Positions 9,244 through 18,949 of a stretch of DNA of 64,000 nucleotides are shown piece by piece. Made by a program: the position numbers and the translations under genes. Position 1 is the stretch's first letter; each line of letters opens with the position of its first letter. The notes below the pieces were generated by a model that did no database searches, had not been told where the DNA came from, and was given only the letters and a program-made list of their open reading frames with translations. Origin of the DNA: an uncultured archaeon (GTDB lineage Archaea; Altiarchaeota; Altiarchaeia; IMC4; QMZM01); assembly GCA_964549685.1 (NCBI GenBank), contig CAZJVE010000003.1, forward strand, positions 1 to 64,000, given 5' to 3'.

Positions 9244-9699
9244 TCATTCCTGTTCCCTGGAACATTTTTCTATAATCTCTCTTATCTTTCTGGACAGGGC
9301 CGGGTCCTTTCCCAGCGTTGTAAAGGCTATAAGATTTCCTTCTATTTCAGATACAAGGGGGAATATTACGTTGCCTTCCCTGAAATTATCCGCCCTGTTG
9401 ACAAGAATTCCCTCGTTCATGGCGGCAGCAGAAATCTTTTCGTTTACCTCTTCATCATCTGTTGCAATAACAACCAGAAAATACTTGGACAAAGATATGC
9501 TCTCTCCCCTCAGGTCCTTTTCAACTAAATTTATATCTTTGTCCTTCAACTCTTTCGTAAATTTCTTAGAAATTACTGTGACCTGGGCGCCGTTTTTTAA
9601 CAGGGTTAATGCTCTCCTCGTGGCGATTTTACCGCCACCGACTACTAGAACATCCTTCCCGGCTAGATTAATAAAAAGTGGCAAATACATCGATCTCAT
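9244..9699 (-). CDS. sirC: Precorrin-2 dehydrogenase (SirC / CysG N-terminal type)
   Basis: YLPLFINL, VVGGGKIATRR, IATDD, VNRAD. Confidence 0.8.
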   Translation of the reverse strand: MRSMYLPLFINLAGKDVLVVGGGKIATRRALTLLKNGAQVTVISKKFTKELKDKDINLVEKDLRGESISLSKYFLVVIATDDEEVNEKISAAAMNEGILVNRADNFREGNVIFPLVSEIEGNLIAFTTLGKDPALSRKIREIIEKCSREQE

Positions 9700-9708
9700 C
9701 TCTGTTTC

Positions 9709-10710
9709 TCAATTAACCGCGTTTATCGGGTGTCCGTCTGTGTATGACCTAATGTCCTCTATCGTCGTGTCGAGTATTCTAATTAACGCCTCCTTGCTGT
9801 TGAATGCATTATGTGGCGTGAATACAACGTTATCCATCCTGAATATCCTGTGGTCTCTTACAATAATTTTCCACTTGTTGGGATTCCTGCTCTTATGAAG
9901 AAGTTCCTTTTCCTCTTTTATGAGCTCCTCGCCCTCGATTACATCAAGTCCCGCACCGGATAGATGCTTATCTTCCAAGGCATCGAGCAGTGCGTTCGTA
10001 TCAACTATCCCTCCCCTTGAGGTATTGACCAGGATAGAGCCCTTTTTCATCTTCCGGATATTCTTTTTATCCATCAACCTCTGTGTCTTCTCACTATAGG
10101 GGAGATGCAGGGATACAATATCCGATTTTTCAAGTAGGTTTTCCAAATCCGTGTAATCGAACCCCATCACCTCAGAAAGAAACTTTTGTTTATTTATGTC
10201 GTAAACAAGAACATTCATGCCGAAACTCTTTGCTATTCTTGCAACGTGTAATCCGATATGCCCTCCACCGACAATACCGATCGTCTTATCCTTCAGGTCG
10301 AATCCAGTGAGACCCTCAATGGAAAAATCATCCATCAGCGTTCTTAGATAGGATTTATGGACGTTTCTAGACAAAGACAAAATTAAAGCGAAGGTATGCT
10401 CAGCCACTGTGTTTTCCCCGTAATACGGCACGTTGCATACGGTTACCCCTTTCTTATTACATTCCTTTATGTCTATGTGGTCAAACCCGGTTGAGCGGGT
10501 TACTATGCTCTTCAATCTGGTAAATCTTTTCAGTACGTCTTTATTAATCTTTGAATAGATGAAGACTGAGATTATGTCGCTATCTTTCGCCTCGGACATG
10601 GTTTCATTGCTTACGGGTTCATCAAAAAACCTCAGTGAATTGCCCCTAAGTTTCCTTTTCAGGTAGGTTTTTTCCCAAGGTTTGACCTCGAAAAAGGCTA
10701 TGTTTGCCAT
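9709..10710 (-). CDS. D-isomer-specific 2-hydroxyacid dehydrogenase
   Basis: TRSTGFDHID, VAEH, GGGHIG, NTSRGG, TPHNAF. Confidence 0.88.
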   Translation of the reverse strand: MANIAFFEVKPWEKTYLKRKLRGNSLRFFDEPVSNETMSEAKDSDIISVFIYSKINKDVLKRFTRLKSIVTRSTGFDHIDIKECNKKGVTVCNVPYYGENTVAEHTFALILSLSRNVHKSYLRTLMDDFSIEGLTGFDLKDKTIGIVGGGHIGLHVARIAKSFGMNVLVYDINKQKFLSEVMGFDYTDLENLLEKSDIVSLHLPYSEKTQRLMDKKNIRKMKKGSILVNTSRGGIVDTNALLDALEDKHLSGAGLDVIEGEELIKEEKELLHKSRNPNKWKIIVRDHRIFRMDNVVFTPHNAFNSKEALIRILDTTIEDIRSYTDGHPINAVN

Positions 10711-10764
10711 TCTATTGCTTTTTATTTGTAATCTCCGGCTTTCAAAAAGTGAAGCAGCAGTATC

Positions 10765-11616
10765 CTATTCTATCTGTTCCTTGAACCACTCTAATCCAAC
10801 CCTATTGATGAACGTGCTCAGCCGTTCGCCCTCTTTGGCATGTTCTACCAGAACGTCCGTGCATTTCTGTATCGCATCGATAACCTCGGTTTCGGGAACA
10901 AAATTCATCACAAGTTCCCCGAGCTGTGCCTCGCCGCCCATCCTCCCGCCGACATAGATATCAAAACCTCTTTCCGTTGCCTTCCATGCCTTGAAAGGGC
11001 AGACATTGGGGCATTTGCCGCAGTAGTTACACTTCTCCCAGGTTATGGTCGCCTTTTCATCTATTACCTCGATTGCCTTCGGCTTGCATATTTCGGCGCA
11101 TAGACCGCAGCCGGTGCATTTAGTCTCATCGAATTCCATCTTGAGCCTTGCGATGAGTCCGATATCATGGGCCCTTGGCAGGGCGCAGGAATTCGGGCAG
11201 CCGGTCACGCTTATCTTGGTTTTGTGCTTGATCTTTTCCTTGCCGAAGAACGTATCATCCAATTTCTTCGCAATCTTGGTTGTGTCGAATATGCCATACT
11301 TGCAGAGGGTTGAGCCGGGACAGGACATTATCGTCCGGATTCTTGGGCCGCATGCGCCGTGCAGAATCCCGGCATCATCGAGCTCCTTCCTGACCTTGCT
11401 TATATCATCAAATCCTATCCAGGGTATCTCTATCCCCTGCATCGTTGTGCATCTTACATAACCCTTCCCGTATTTTTCCGCTATTTCCTTTATCTTTGCC
11501 AGGCTGTTGGAATCAACCCTGCCCGCGATATTACGAACGCGCAGTATAACATAATCGGAATCCCGCTGTTGGATGACTCCGCCCTTTTTCAGGTCGTCGT
11601 AATCAATCTTTGTCAT
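10765..11616 (-). CDS. Siroheme sulfite reductase, AsrC/Dsr-like protein with 2x[4Fe-4S] insert
   Basis: Siroheme-[4Fe-4S] ligands CPGSTLC and GCPNSC; CTGCGLCAEIC and CNYCGKCPNVC; VGGRMG. Confidence 0.85.
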   Translation of the reverse strand: MTKIDYDDLKKGGVIQQRDSDYVILRVRNIAGRVDSNSLAKIKEIAEKYGKGYVRCTTMQGIEIPWIGFDDISKVRKELDDAGILHGACGPRIRTIMSCPGSTLCKYGIFDTTKIAKKLDDTFFGKEKIKHKTKISVTGCPNSCALPRAHDIGLIARLKMEFDETKCTGCGLCAEICKPKAIEVIDEKATITWEKCNYCGKCPNVCPFKAWKATERGFDIYVGGRMGGEAQLGELVMNFVPETEVIDAIQKCTDVLVEHAKEGERLSTFINRVGLEWFKEQIE

Positions 11617-11843
11617 TTTCTCAGGGTCAGTTTCACGTGTTCGTTTATTCTTTCAAAATCAAATCTTAAATTATGCTTGAACGCTAGCTGACCTATCGTC
11701 TCTATCGCAGGGACGTAGTCTATGAGAATCTCCAGTGTCTCGCCTTCCTTAATCTGCTCTATCGGCTCCCTTACGTGAATAAGTGTGAAGGGACACTTCT
11801 CGCCCCTTAGGTCAAGGGTTTTTGGTTCGTCAGTCATTTTCAT
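11613..11843 (-). CDS. tusA: TusA/SirA-family sulfur carrier
   Basis: LDLRGEKCPFT motif. Confidence 0.85.
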   Translation of the reverse strand: MKMTDEPKTLDLRGEKCPFTLIHVREPIEQIKEGETLEILIDYVPAIETIGQLAFKHNLRFDFERINEHVKLTLRK

Positions 11844-12987
11844 CCCTCATCTCATCCAGCAATAGCTTGCACACCTCCGGCCTCGTGAATTCTTCCGGAG
11901 GGATATCGCCTTCCTTTAACATCTTCCTTACTTTGGTTCCGGAGAGGAAAACGTGTTCCTTTGAGTCATGGGGGCAGGTCTTCTTTGTTGCCATATGCTT
12001 GCACTGATTGCAAAAGAACGCGTGCTCGAACATCAAGGGTATTATGGTCAATTCAACCTCCTCGAATTCGTTGAAGATTTCCTGCGCCTCATAGGTGCCG
12101 TAGTAATTGCCCACGCCTGCATGGTCTCTCCCCACGATAAAGTGAGTGCAGCCATAGTTCTTCCTGACGATGGCATGGAATATTGCCTCCCTTGGGCCTG
12201 CATATCTCATGTAGGCGGGAAATACCGACAGGACTACACGGTCCTTGGGGTAATAATGCTCGATTATCTCTTCGTAGCATTTCATCCGGACATCGGCAGG
12301 GATGTCCCCCTCTTTTGTCTCTCCGACCAGCGGGTGAATTAACAAGCCGTCCACCATCTCAAGCGCGCATTTCTGTATATACTCATGCGCCCGGTGTATT
12401 GGGTTCCTTGTCTGGAATGCGACCACCCTCTCCCAGCCCTTTTTTGCGAATAGTTTCCTTGTTTCAACGGGAGTAAGATGGTATTCTGCAAAATTCTCGT
12501 GTTTGAGCAGTTTCAGCACGGTAATCTTTCCGCCGAGTAGGATATCCTTTTGCCCATATAACGCCGCAACGCCCGGATGCTCCGTATCTGTGGTCTTGTA
12601 CACCAGTTTCGCTTCCTTTTTCTTGTCATAGGGATATTTCTCCTCAAGGTGCAGAATTGCCAGGATTTCATCATTATGAGTTAAGGCAACATCTTCCCAC
12701 TCTTCCAGTCCATCCGCAATCTCTTTTGTTGTCGATAAAGTAATCGGGATGGTCCAAGGCAGTCCGCTGTACAGCCTCATGTTCTCCACGACATTGTCGT
12801 AGTCTTTTTTGACCATGAAGCCCTCCAGAGGACTAAGTGCCCCGGTAGCAATCATCTCCAGGTCAGATACCTCCTTTACACTAAGGGTAATCTTTTTTAA
12901 TTTCTCTGCTTTCTCTTTCAGGGCATCTTCCTGGTCCTTTGTAACCAGCCTGTTGACTAGTTTTCCGCCGTGAGGGGCTATGGTCAT
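11830..12987 (-). CDS. sat: Sulfate adenylyltransferase
   Basis: PHGGKL, FQTRNPIHRAHEY, YAGPREA, VGRDHAG, LSGTKVR. Confidence 0.96.
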   Translation of the reverse strand: MTIAPHGGKLVNRLVTKDQEDALKEKAEKLKKITLSVKEVSDLEMIATGALSPLEGFMVKKDYDNVVENMRLYSGLPWTIPITLSTTKEIADGLEEWEDVALTHNDEILAILHLEEKYPYDKKKEAKLVYKTTDTEHPGVAALYGQKDILLGGKITVLKLLKHENFAEYHLTPVETRKLFAKKGWERVVAFQTRNPIHRAHEYIQKCALEMVDGLLIHPLVGETKEGDIPADVRMKCYEEIIEHYYPKDRVVLSVFPAYMRYAGPREAIFHAIVRKNYGCTHFIVGRDHAGVGNYYGTYEAQEIFNEFEEVELTIIPLMFEHAFFCNQCKHMATKKTCPHDSKEHVFLSGTKVRKMLKEGDIPPEEFTRPEVCKLLLDEMRDEND

Positions 12988-12994
12988 TTTCTAC

Positions 12995-13693
12995 CTAATG
13001 ATGCAGTCCGCACTCCTTTTGCTCTGGGTTTTCCCACCACCATCTTCCGGCTCTTACGTCTTCCCCTTCCTTGATTGCTCTGGTGCATGGAGAACAACCG
13101 ATGCTGAGAAAGCCCTTGTCATGCAATGTGTTATAAGGAATATCATTTTCCTTGATATATTTCCAAACTTCCTCTTGCGTCCAGTCCGCAATTGGATTGA
13201 GCTTTATGATATTATTAGCCTCATCGTATTCAATCTTCTTAAGCTCGGTTCGTGTGACTGCCTGCTCCCTCCTAAGGCCGGTTATCCAGGCATCTAAGCC
13301 ACTCATTGCTCTTTTCAACAGCTGCACCTTCCTTATGTTACAACACTCCCGTCTTGCATCAATACTGTCACGAAAGGAATAAAATCCATTTTCCCTTTCA
13401 AGTTTTTCCACCGCATCCGTATCAGGGAAATATGACTTGATGGATATATTATATTTCTTTCTTATCCGTTCCATGACGTCATATGTTTCCTCATTGAGGC
13501 GTCCGGTATCCAGAGTAAATATTGTCGCGTCTGGCTTTATCTTAACAAGTATGTCAACCAAGACAACGTCTTCCGCTCCAAAGCTTGATGCTAATGCAAT
13601 CTTTGGATATTCACCGATAGCCCATTCCAATACTTCCTGAGCAGACTTTCCTTCAAGGTCGTCTGCAATTTTTTCAATATCTTCGTTTGTCAT
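12995..13693 (-). CDS. cysH: Thioredoxin-dependent APS reductase (CysH type)
   Basis: CCNIRKV and SIGCSPCT Fe-S ligands, RAGRWWWE, C-terminal ECGLH. Confidence 0.93.
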   Translation of the reverse strand: MTNEDIEKIADDLEGKSAQEVLEWAIGEYPKIALASSFGAEDVVLVDILVKIKPDATIFTLDTGRLNEETYDVMERIRKKYNISIKSYFPDTDAVEKLERENGFYSFRDSIDARRECCNIRKVQLLKRAMSGLDAWITGLRREQAVTRTELKKIEYDEANNIIKLNPIADWTQEEVWKYIKENDIPYNTLHDKGFLSIGCSPCTRAIKEGEDVRAGRWWWENPEQKECGLHH

Positions 13694-13709
13694 TTTTTGT
13701 AGGTATTAT

Positions 13710-14477
13710 TCATAAATGTAGAACAGTTATGACTGTAAAAATTCCCAAGATGATTGTAGCGATCCCTATAATTCTCCTCAATCCTTCACCATTCATAATT
13801 TTTACTGTAAATGTCGATAATGGTACTGAGAGTATTGAACCTATTAGCAAGTAAGGTACCAATGCCCATATTGCTTTTTCAGTAAAGGTGTACGCTATAA
13901 CGGCTACAATACATGTTAGGCCCTCTGCCAGAGCTGTAATAGCTATTGCGTTTTTTTCATTAGAACCCGACAATAACTGCCCCATCACTACGACAGGTCC
14001 ATAGCCGCCTCCAGTTAGCCCCTTATTGAATGCGGCGATAAATCCAAAACCAGTTATTTTTTTCCATGAGAATTTATACCTCCTATTGATTGTTATCAAT
14101 ACTATAATCCCTATGGCTATCACCAAAAAACCAATATATAATTTAAGGTATAATACGGGTATATTTACTGCAATAAACACCGATATTAATGTCCCTATTA
14201 CGCCACATAATGCAAGAATAATTGCCGTCTTTAGATGTTTTCCATTTCTAAAGTTTACGTTTCCGAATTTATGATGCAATAATCCAGCAAAAATTCCCGC
14301 CACAAACTGTGACAGCAAAACGGCTGGGACAATCTCCAATGGTTTGAAACCCAAGATGAGCAATATTGGCGTTAGGGTTGTCCCATATCCCATACCAATG
14401 CTCGAATCTACGTATTCGGCCAAAAGCGCCAGCAATGTAATGGTTAACCCGGTGGCAATCCCCAGCTCGAAAATCAT
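13710..14477 (-). CDS. TauE/SafE-family sulfite/sulfate permease
   Basis: Multi-TM; DSSIGMGYGTTLTP and GLTGGGYGP repeats. Confidence 0.82.
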   Translation of the reverse strand: MIFELGIATGLTITLLALLAEYVDSSIGMGYGTTLTPILLILGFKPLEIVPAVLLSQFVAGIFAGLLHHKFGNVNFRNGKHLKTAIILALCGVIGTLISVFIAVNIPVLYLKLYIGFLVIAIGIIVLITINRRYKFSWKKITGFGFIAAFNKGLTGGGYGPVVVMGQLLSGSNEKNAIAITALAEGLTCIVAVIAYTFTEKAIWALVPYLLIGSILSVPLSTFTVKIMNGEGLRRIIGIATIILGIFTVITVLHL

Positions 14478-15649
14478 TTTGTTTTATCTGCAATATCATG
14501 AAACGCGTCCCTGACCTTCCTGATTTCTTCGTTGTCCAAGCCATAGACCGAGAGTTTTATATGCTTCGTCAGACCTTTATGCACCCCGGTGATGTTTCTC
14601 TTTTCAAGCTCCTCGGCCAGGAAGAAGCCCTTCCTCTTATGTTTCTGGGAGATTTCCCAGAGCCCGGGAGTTTCAAAGTGCAATAGATGGTGATTGTGCG
14701 GATTCTGTCCAAGAAGCATAATCCCTCCCAGATTCTCCAGATCGTCTGCAAACCTCCTTGTTTTTTCCAGTTCTTTCTCCCATTTTTGAACCCTCTTTTT
14801 CACGTATGGGAAAGAGAGCATCGAGCTTATCAATGGAATGCCTCCAACGCTGCAGCCGAAGAGATTCGGAATCTTTTTTCCGAACGCTCTGCCGCTCCAG
14901 TCCGGTCTTTGCTTTGATGTCTGAAAAACCTTCTTGGAGTGCTCAAAGGTTGTTACCAGGTAACCTAACGGACCAAGAGAGGCCATTGACTTATGGGCTG
15001 ATAGAGTCAGAAAGTCAGCCTTCAATTCCTTGATGTTTATTGGCAAAATCCCCCCGGTATATGCGGCATTCACCATATACGGAATTTCATTCTCTTCAGA
15101 GATTTTACCAATCTCCTTTACCGGAGCCAGGTTGCCATAGTACGGGTCGGCGTGAGTGACGACAATCAGGGCCGGTAATTTCCCTGTGTCTTTCTTCACC
15201 TCGTCAATCTTATCAGCAAACGATTCAGCAGTGTAGTTATACTCGGGATAGCCCGAATGCGGAGGCTCAGCAACCTTTAAGCCGTTCATCTCCGCTGCAA
15301 TATTTGTCGTATAGTGGCTGTTTGGGTCCGCGATTATGGTATCTGAGTAAGAACCCTCCTTTGCCAATTCTTTGACAGTGTGCATCACCGCAAACTGGGC
15401 AGCTCTGCAGCCGAAGGTATGTTCAGCCACATCCCCACCGAAGAATTCCGCGATTTTTTGGAGGTGGTCCTTGATAGAGGGTTTCGTAACAAGACTTGAC
15501 CTCCCTTCCAGGCAGTTGAAACATAGGGAATAGCCAACTCTCAGCCACTCTTCATTGCATAGATTCTCCCGAACCTTCTCGGGCAGGATTCCACCCGTCA
15601 TTAGCGGATTTACTATCGCATGGCCCTTATATTTGTTTGTAAATTCCAT
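14474..15649 (-). CDS. pscS: O-phosphoseryl-tRNA:Cys-tRNA synthase (SepCysS)
   Basis: NPLMTGG, GYSLCFNC, PLP Lys in SAHKSMAS, third Cys in LFGCSVGG, KRKGFFL, KLSVYGL. Confidence 0.92.
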   Translation of the reverse strand: MEFTNKYKGHAIVNPLMTGGILPEKVRENLCNEEWLRVGYSLCFNCLEGRSSLVTKPSIKDHLQKIAEFFGGDVAEHTFGCRAAQFAVMHTVKELAKEGSYSDTIIADPNSHYTTNIAAEMNGLKVAEPPHSGYPEYNYTAESFADKIDEVKKDTGKLPALIVVTHADPYYGNLAPVKEIGKISEENEIPYMVNAAYTGGILPINIKELKADFLTLSAHKSMASLGPLGYLVTTFEHSKKVFQTSKQRPDWSGRAFGKKIPNLFGCSVGGIPLISSMLSFPYVKKRVQKWEKELEKTRRFADDLENLGGIMLLGQNPHNHHLLHFETPGLWEISQKHKRKGFFLAEELEKRNITGVHKGLTKHIKLSVYGLDNEEIRKVRDAFHDIADKTK

Positions 15650-15650
15650 C

Positions 15651-16565
15651 CTATCCTGCTTTGATATTCTTCTCTATCAGCCCCTTTATCGTTTCTTTCA
15701 GATTCTCGCCCGAATTTAGATTGACTCCAATCTCCTCGGGCTCAAAGGTCCCAGTGACATCCGACCAGTTGCCTCTCTTCCTCACTGTAAATGGTTTCTC
15801 TGCTCTCACTTCGCCCTTCACTGGCACATGAATAGTAATCCAATTGTATCTTCCCTCCTGGTCTTTATTGAGATAGATTCGGACATCCCAGTCATCAATC
15901 CTTCCGAAGAAGTAGTCCGTCCCCTTCTCAAAGCCATTGTCCTTAAGACTCAGGATTATCTGTTTGGGGATATCTGACGTAAGACAGCCACAGAGAGCGC
16001 CGCCCCTCTTTTCAAGAGCGGCTATCTTCTCAGCTATCTTCTTTGCGTCGTCATAAGGCAGTGATAGTATCAACTCGCTATCTTTATACTCTCCAAGGAT
16101 TCTTGCTCCGTTGCAGAGCACTGTGATATTTGGTTTCCCTTCCATGAAGACCTTTGCTGTTGCTTCCCCGCAGACTGCAATCTCTCCCTTAAACTCTGCA
16201 GAGATTCCGCCCTTTATCACTGCCAGGTCCATCAGCTGCTTGGGAGTTACTATCGCAAGGACTACATCAGCCCCTTCGACAGGGCCGAGCCTGACCGCCT
16301 TCGTATTTGATGGCTTGATCCTTGGCTCTACATCCACGTACTTTGGCTCTACAAAGCCCATAGCTAATTCAGCGTTGGGGCATGAGAGGTCCTTTGCATC
16401 ATAAGTGAAGGCCTTTCCAAGAGCAGCCTCTCTGACCATCTGGCAGTGGCGCAGGGGCTTCTTAGGCCTATTGAAATCCTTCGGAACCTCATTCAGGATT
16501 TTGATTCCGACCAGCCTGTACTTGCTCCCCAAATAGGACCTTATCGTGTTGTCTATGTCGACCAT
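15651..16565 (-). CDS. DUF169-family protein with C-terminal extension
   Basis: HCQMVREA, LSCPNAELAMG, AVCGEAT, LCNGAR Cys pattern. Confidence 0.7.
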   Translation of the reverse strand: MVDIDNTIRSYLGSKYRLVGIKILNEVPKDFNRPKKPLRHCQMVREAALGKAFTYDAKDLSCPNAELAMGFVEPKYVDVEPRIKPSNTKAVRLGPVEGADVVLAIVTPKQLMDLAVIKGGISAEFKGEIAVCGEATAKVFMEGKPNITVLCNGARILGEYKDSELILSLPYDDAKKIAEKIAALEKRGGALCGCLTSDIPKQIILSLKDNGFEKGTDYFFGRIDDWDVRIYLNKDQEGRYNWITIHVPVKGEVRAEKPFTVRKRGNWSDVTGTFEPEEIGVNLNSGENLKETIKGLIEKNIKAG

Positions 16566-16566
16566 C

Positions 16567-16878
16567 TTACAGATTCTTGTTAATTATCCCCCGTATATAT
16601 TCCGCAGGTACCATCCCTACACTCCTCTCAACCTCCTTGCCGTTCTTGAATAATACCAGAGTGGGAATACTCATAATTCCCAGCTCCGATGCGGTTTTTT
16701 TGTGCTCGTCTACATCAACCTTGGCGAATAGGATTTTGTCCTCATACTCTTTCGTTAAATGTTCCAGTTCCGGCTCCAGGAATTTACACGGATTACACCA
16801 CTCGGCCCAGAAGTCCACCAGGACAAGAGCATTGCCCCGGATAACTTCCTGAAAGGTCAGGTCGGTTATGTTCTTCAT
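16567..16878 (-). CDS. trxA: Thioredoxin
   Basis: DFWAEWCNPCK, IMSIPTL. Confidence 0.93.
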   Translation of the reverse strand: MKNITDLTFQEVIRGNALVLVDFWAEWCNPCKFLEPELEHLTKEYEDKILFAKVDVDEHKKTASELGIMSIPTLVLFKNGKEVERSVGMVPAEYIRGIINKNL

Positions 16879-16879
16879 T

Positions 16880-17113
16880 TTACCCTTTTTTTATCACGAG
16901 TCTCCAGTCTTTGTCATTAATCTTCTCTACCTCGATAACTTTGTTACCCTCGTTCTCCATGCTCCTGGGAACATTCTCCACTGCAGGGAGATGATTCAGC
17001 GTAATCTCCAGGACCTCCCCGGGATTCATATTTTCTATAGCCAGCTTTGACTTTACAAAGGTGTATGGGCATACCTCGCCCCTGATGTCTATCTTTTTGT
17101 TTAGGTTAACCAT
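16880..17113 (-). CDS. tusA: TusA/SirA-family sulfur carrier (second copy)
   Basis: IDIRGEVCPYTFVKSKL. Confidence 0.88.
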   Translation of the reverse strand: MVNLNKKIDIRGEVCPYTFVKSKLAIENMNPGEVLEITLNHLPAVENVPRSMENEGNKVIEVEKINDKDWRLVIKKG

Positions 17114-17727
17114 TCTAATTCCCTTATTGCTTCCTCCACCATTCCATCGAAATTCAGTTCGTTTTCACATTCGATAATCTCATCCAATCTCGCCTGGGTG
17201 GTGGGTTTCTTTGGGACCAGGCCACAACATATTCCTTTCTGTGTTGAGATATCATAGGTCCCTATGTCCCTGGCTATTTTTATGATTTCCTCCTTGTCGA
17301 ATCCTATCAGGGGCCTTAGGACAGGTATCCCAACGGCCCGGTCTATAATCTCCAGATTATAGAGGGTTTGGCTGGCTACCTGTGCAATGGCTTCCCCGGT
17401 CAGGAGCGCAGTGGCCTTTTCCTTCTCAGCCAATTTTTCCGCTACCCTATACATCAATCTCTTGCAGAGGACGCACTGCAATCTTCTGTTGCATTCCCTG
17501 GCAATCCTGAATCGTTTTTCGCCGATAGGTATGAATGCTGTCTTTATATCCCTGCCCGTAGCAGTCTGTAGCTGCTTGACTACCGACCTCACCCTTTCCA
17601 GGGCATTCTTGTCCGTGTAAGGCTCACCCCAGAAATGTAGTGCCGTTATCTCCACGTCCTTCTTTAACATGAGATGGGTCGCTACTGGGGAGTCTATCCC
17701 TCCGGATAAAAGTGAAATGAGTTTCAT
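17101..17727 (-). CDS. thiI: ThiI-type 4-thiouridine synthase, catalytic domain only
   Basis: LLSGGIDSPVA, CVLCKR, GEAIAQVASQT, RPLIGFDKEEI, CC; no THUMP or rhodanese domain. Confidence 0.82.
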   Translation of the reverse strand: MKLISLLSGGIDSPVATHLMLKKDVEITALHFWGEPYTDKNALERVRSVVKQLQTATGRDIKTAFIPIGEKRFRIARECNRRLQCVLCKRLMYRVAEKLAEKEKATALLTGEAIAQVASQTLYNLEIIDRAVGIPVLRPLIGFDKEEIIKIARDIGTYDISTQKGICCGLVPKKPTTQARLDEIIECENELNFDGMVEEAIRELEWLT

Positions 17728-17728
17728 T

Positions 17729-18535
17729 CTAAAAACCAACCTGACAGGATTCCTCGTAGTCGATTAATTCCTTGATGGTTGGATTTTCTCCGCAGACAGG
17801 GCAGTTTGGGTCTCTTTGGGTTCTGACCTCCCGAAAGCTCATCTCCAGAGCGTTATAAAGCAGGAGCCTATTTTTCAATAGGTCTCCTACACCGAGGATG
17901 TACTTGAGCGCTTCTGTCGCCTGTATCAAGCCGACAACCCCCGGCAGGACGCCAAGGACTCCGGCTTCCTGACAGCTGGGAACCATTCCAGGAGGAGGCG
18001 GTTCCGGGAAGAGGCACCTGTAGCATGCTCCTTCCTTTGGAATTATTGTGGTTGCCTGTCCCTCAAACCTGAACACGGAGCCATGAACCAGGGCCTTTCC
18101 TGCCAAAACTGCGGCATCATTAACCAGGTAGCGTGTCGGAAAATTATCGCAACCGTCTACGATTACGTCATAGTCCTTTACTATATCAAGTATATTCTCG
18201 GATGTCAGCCTCTCCTGATGCAGAATTACCTCTGTATCTGGATTAAGCAGCTCGATTTTTTCTTTTGCCGATATGGTCTTCTCCCCGTCAAGGTCCTTTA
18301 CTGTGTGGAGAATCTGCCTCTGGAGATTGCTAAGCTCTACCGTGTCAGAATCGACTATACCCAGCTTCCCTACCCCGGCAGCCGCGAGGTATATTGTTGA
18401 GGGGCATCCAAGCCCTCCCGCACCTATGGCAAGCACCCTGGCTTCGTTTATCTTCTTCTGTCCCTTCCCACCAACCTCTGGCAAGATTATATGCCTGCTA
18501 TATCTCTTTATCTGCTCCTCAGTAAATTCAACCAT
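17729..18535 (-). CDS. moeB: E1-like sulfur-carrier adenylyltransferase (MoeB/ThiF/UbaA)
   Basis: RYSRHIILPE, GAGGLG, SNLQRQ, CYRC, SCQEAGV, CPVC. Confidence 0.92.
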   Translation of the reverse strand: MVEFTEEQIKRYSRHIILPEVGGKGQKKINEARVLAIGAGGLGCPSTIYLAAAGVGKLGIVDSDTVELSNLQRQILHTVKDLDGEKTISAKEKIELLNPDTEVILHQERLTSENILDIVKDYDVIVDGCDNFPTRYLVNDAAVLAGKALVHGSVFRFEGQATTIIPKEGACYRCLFPEPPPPGMVPSCQEAGVLGVLPGVVGLIQATEALKYILGVGDLLKNRLLLYNALEMSFREVRTQRDPNCPVCGENPTIKELIDYEESCQVGF

Positions 18536-18556
18536 TTTGGGGATTCTCAACCAGTT

Positions 18557-18832
18557 TTAACCTCCTGCGATAGCAGGTACAATCGATACCTCACTGTCTT
18601 CATTCACCGAAGTATCAAGGCCTTCAGAGAACCTTATGTCTTCCCCGGCTACATAGATATTCACAAACCTTCTCACTTTTCCATCCTCATCGAGAAGCTT
18701 TTCCTTGATTCCAGCATATTGTTTATTCAGATTCTCTACCAGTTCCCTTACATTGCCGCCCTCAGAGTTCACCTCAAGTTCCCCCCCAGTCAGCTTGGTA
18801 AGGGGTGTCGGTATTCTAACTTTTATTGACAT
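18557..18832 (-). CDS. Ubiquitin-like sulfur carrier (SAMP/MoaD/CysO-like)
   Basis: IPTPL, RRFVNIYV, C-terminal PAIAGG; GGAGGTGA RBS before ATG at 18832. Confidence 0.9.
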   Translation of the reverse strand: MSIKVRIPTPLTKLTGGELEVNSEGGNVRELVENLNKQYAGIKEKLLDEDGKVRRFVNIYVAGEDIRFSEGLDTSVNEDSEVSIVPAIAGG

Positions 18833-18849
18833 GTTGTCACCTCCAATGA

Positions 18850-18863
18850 TTAACAATTGTTAA
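18850..18863. promoter_or_regulatory. Operator motif A upstream of the SAMP operon
   Basis: TTAACAATTGTTAA between minus-strand TTTATATA (18887-18894) and the RBS. Confidence 0.8.
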
Positions 18864-18909
18864 TATATTAATGATAGTGATATTTGTATATAAATATTAA
18901 TATGGTAAA

Positions 18910-18929
18910 AATATGCTAATATGCATAAT
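18910..18929. promoter_or_regulatory. Motif B (ATTATGC-N6-GCATAAT), one mismatch
   Basis: AATATGC-taatat-GCATAAT, 15 nt upstream of the TATA box. Confidence 0.65.
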
Positions 18930-18949
18930 TAATCCACTAAGGGCGTAAA

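Noticed and set aside
10765-13693. Dissimilatory sulfate respiration
   Set aside because: No aprAB, qmo, dsrAB, dsrC or dsrMK in the window; CysH-type reductase and biosynthetic neighbours indicate assimilation.
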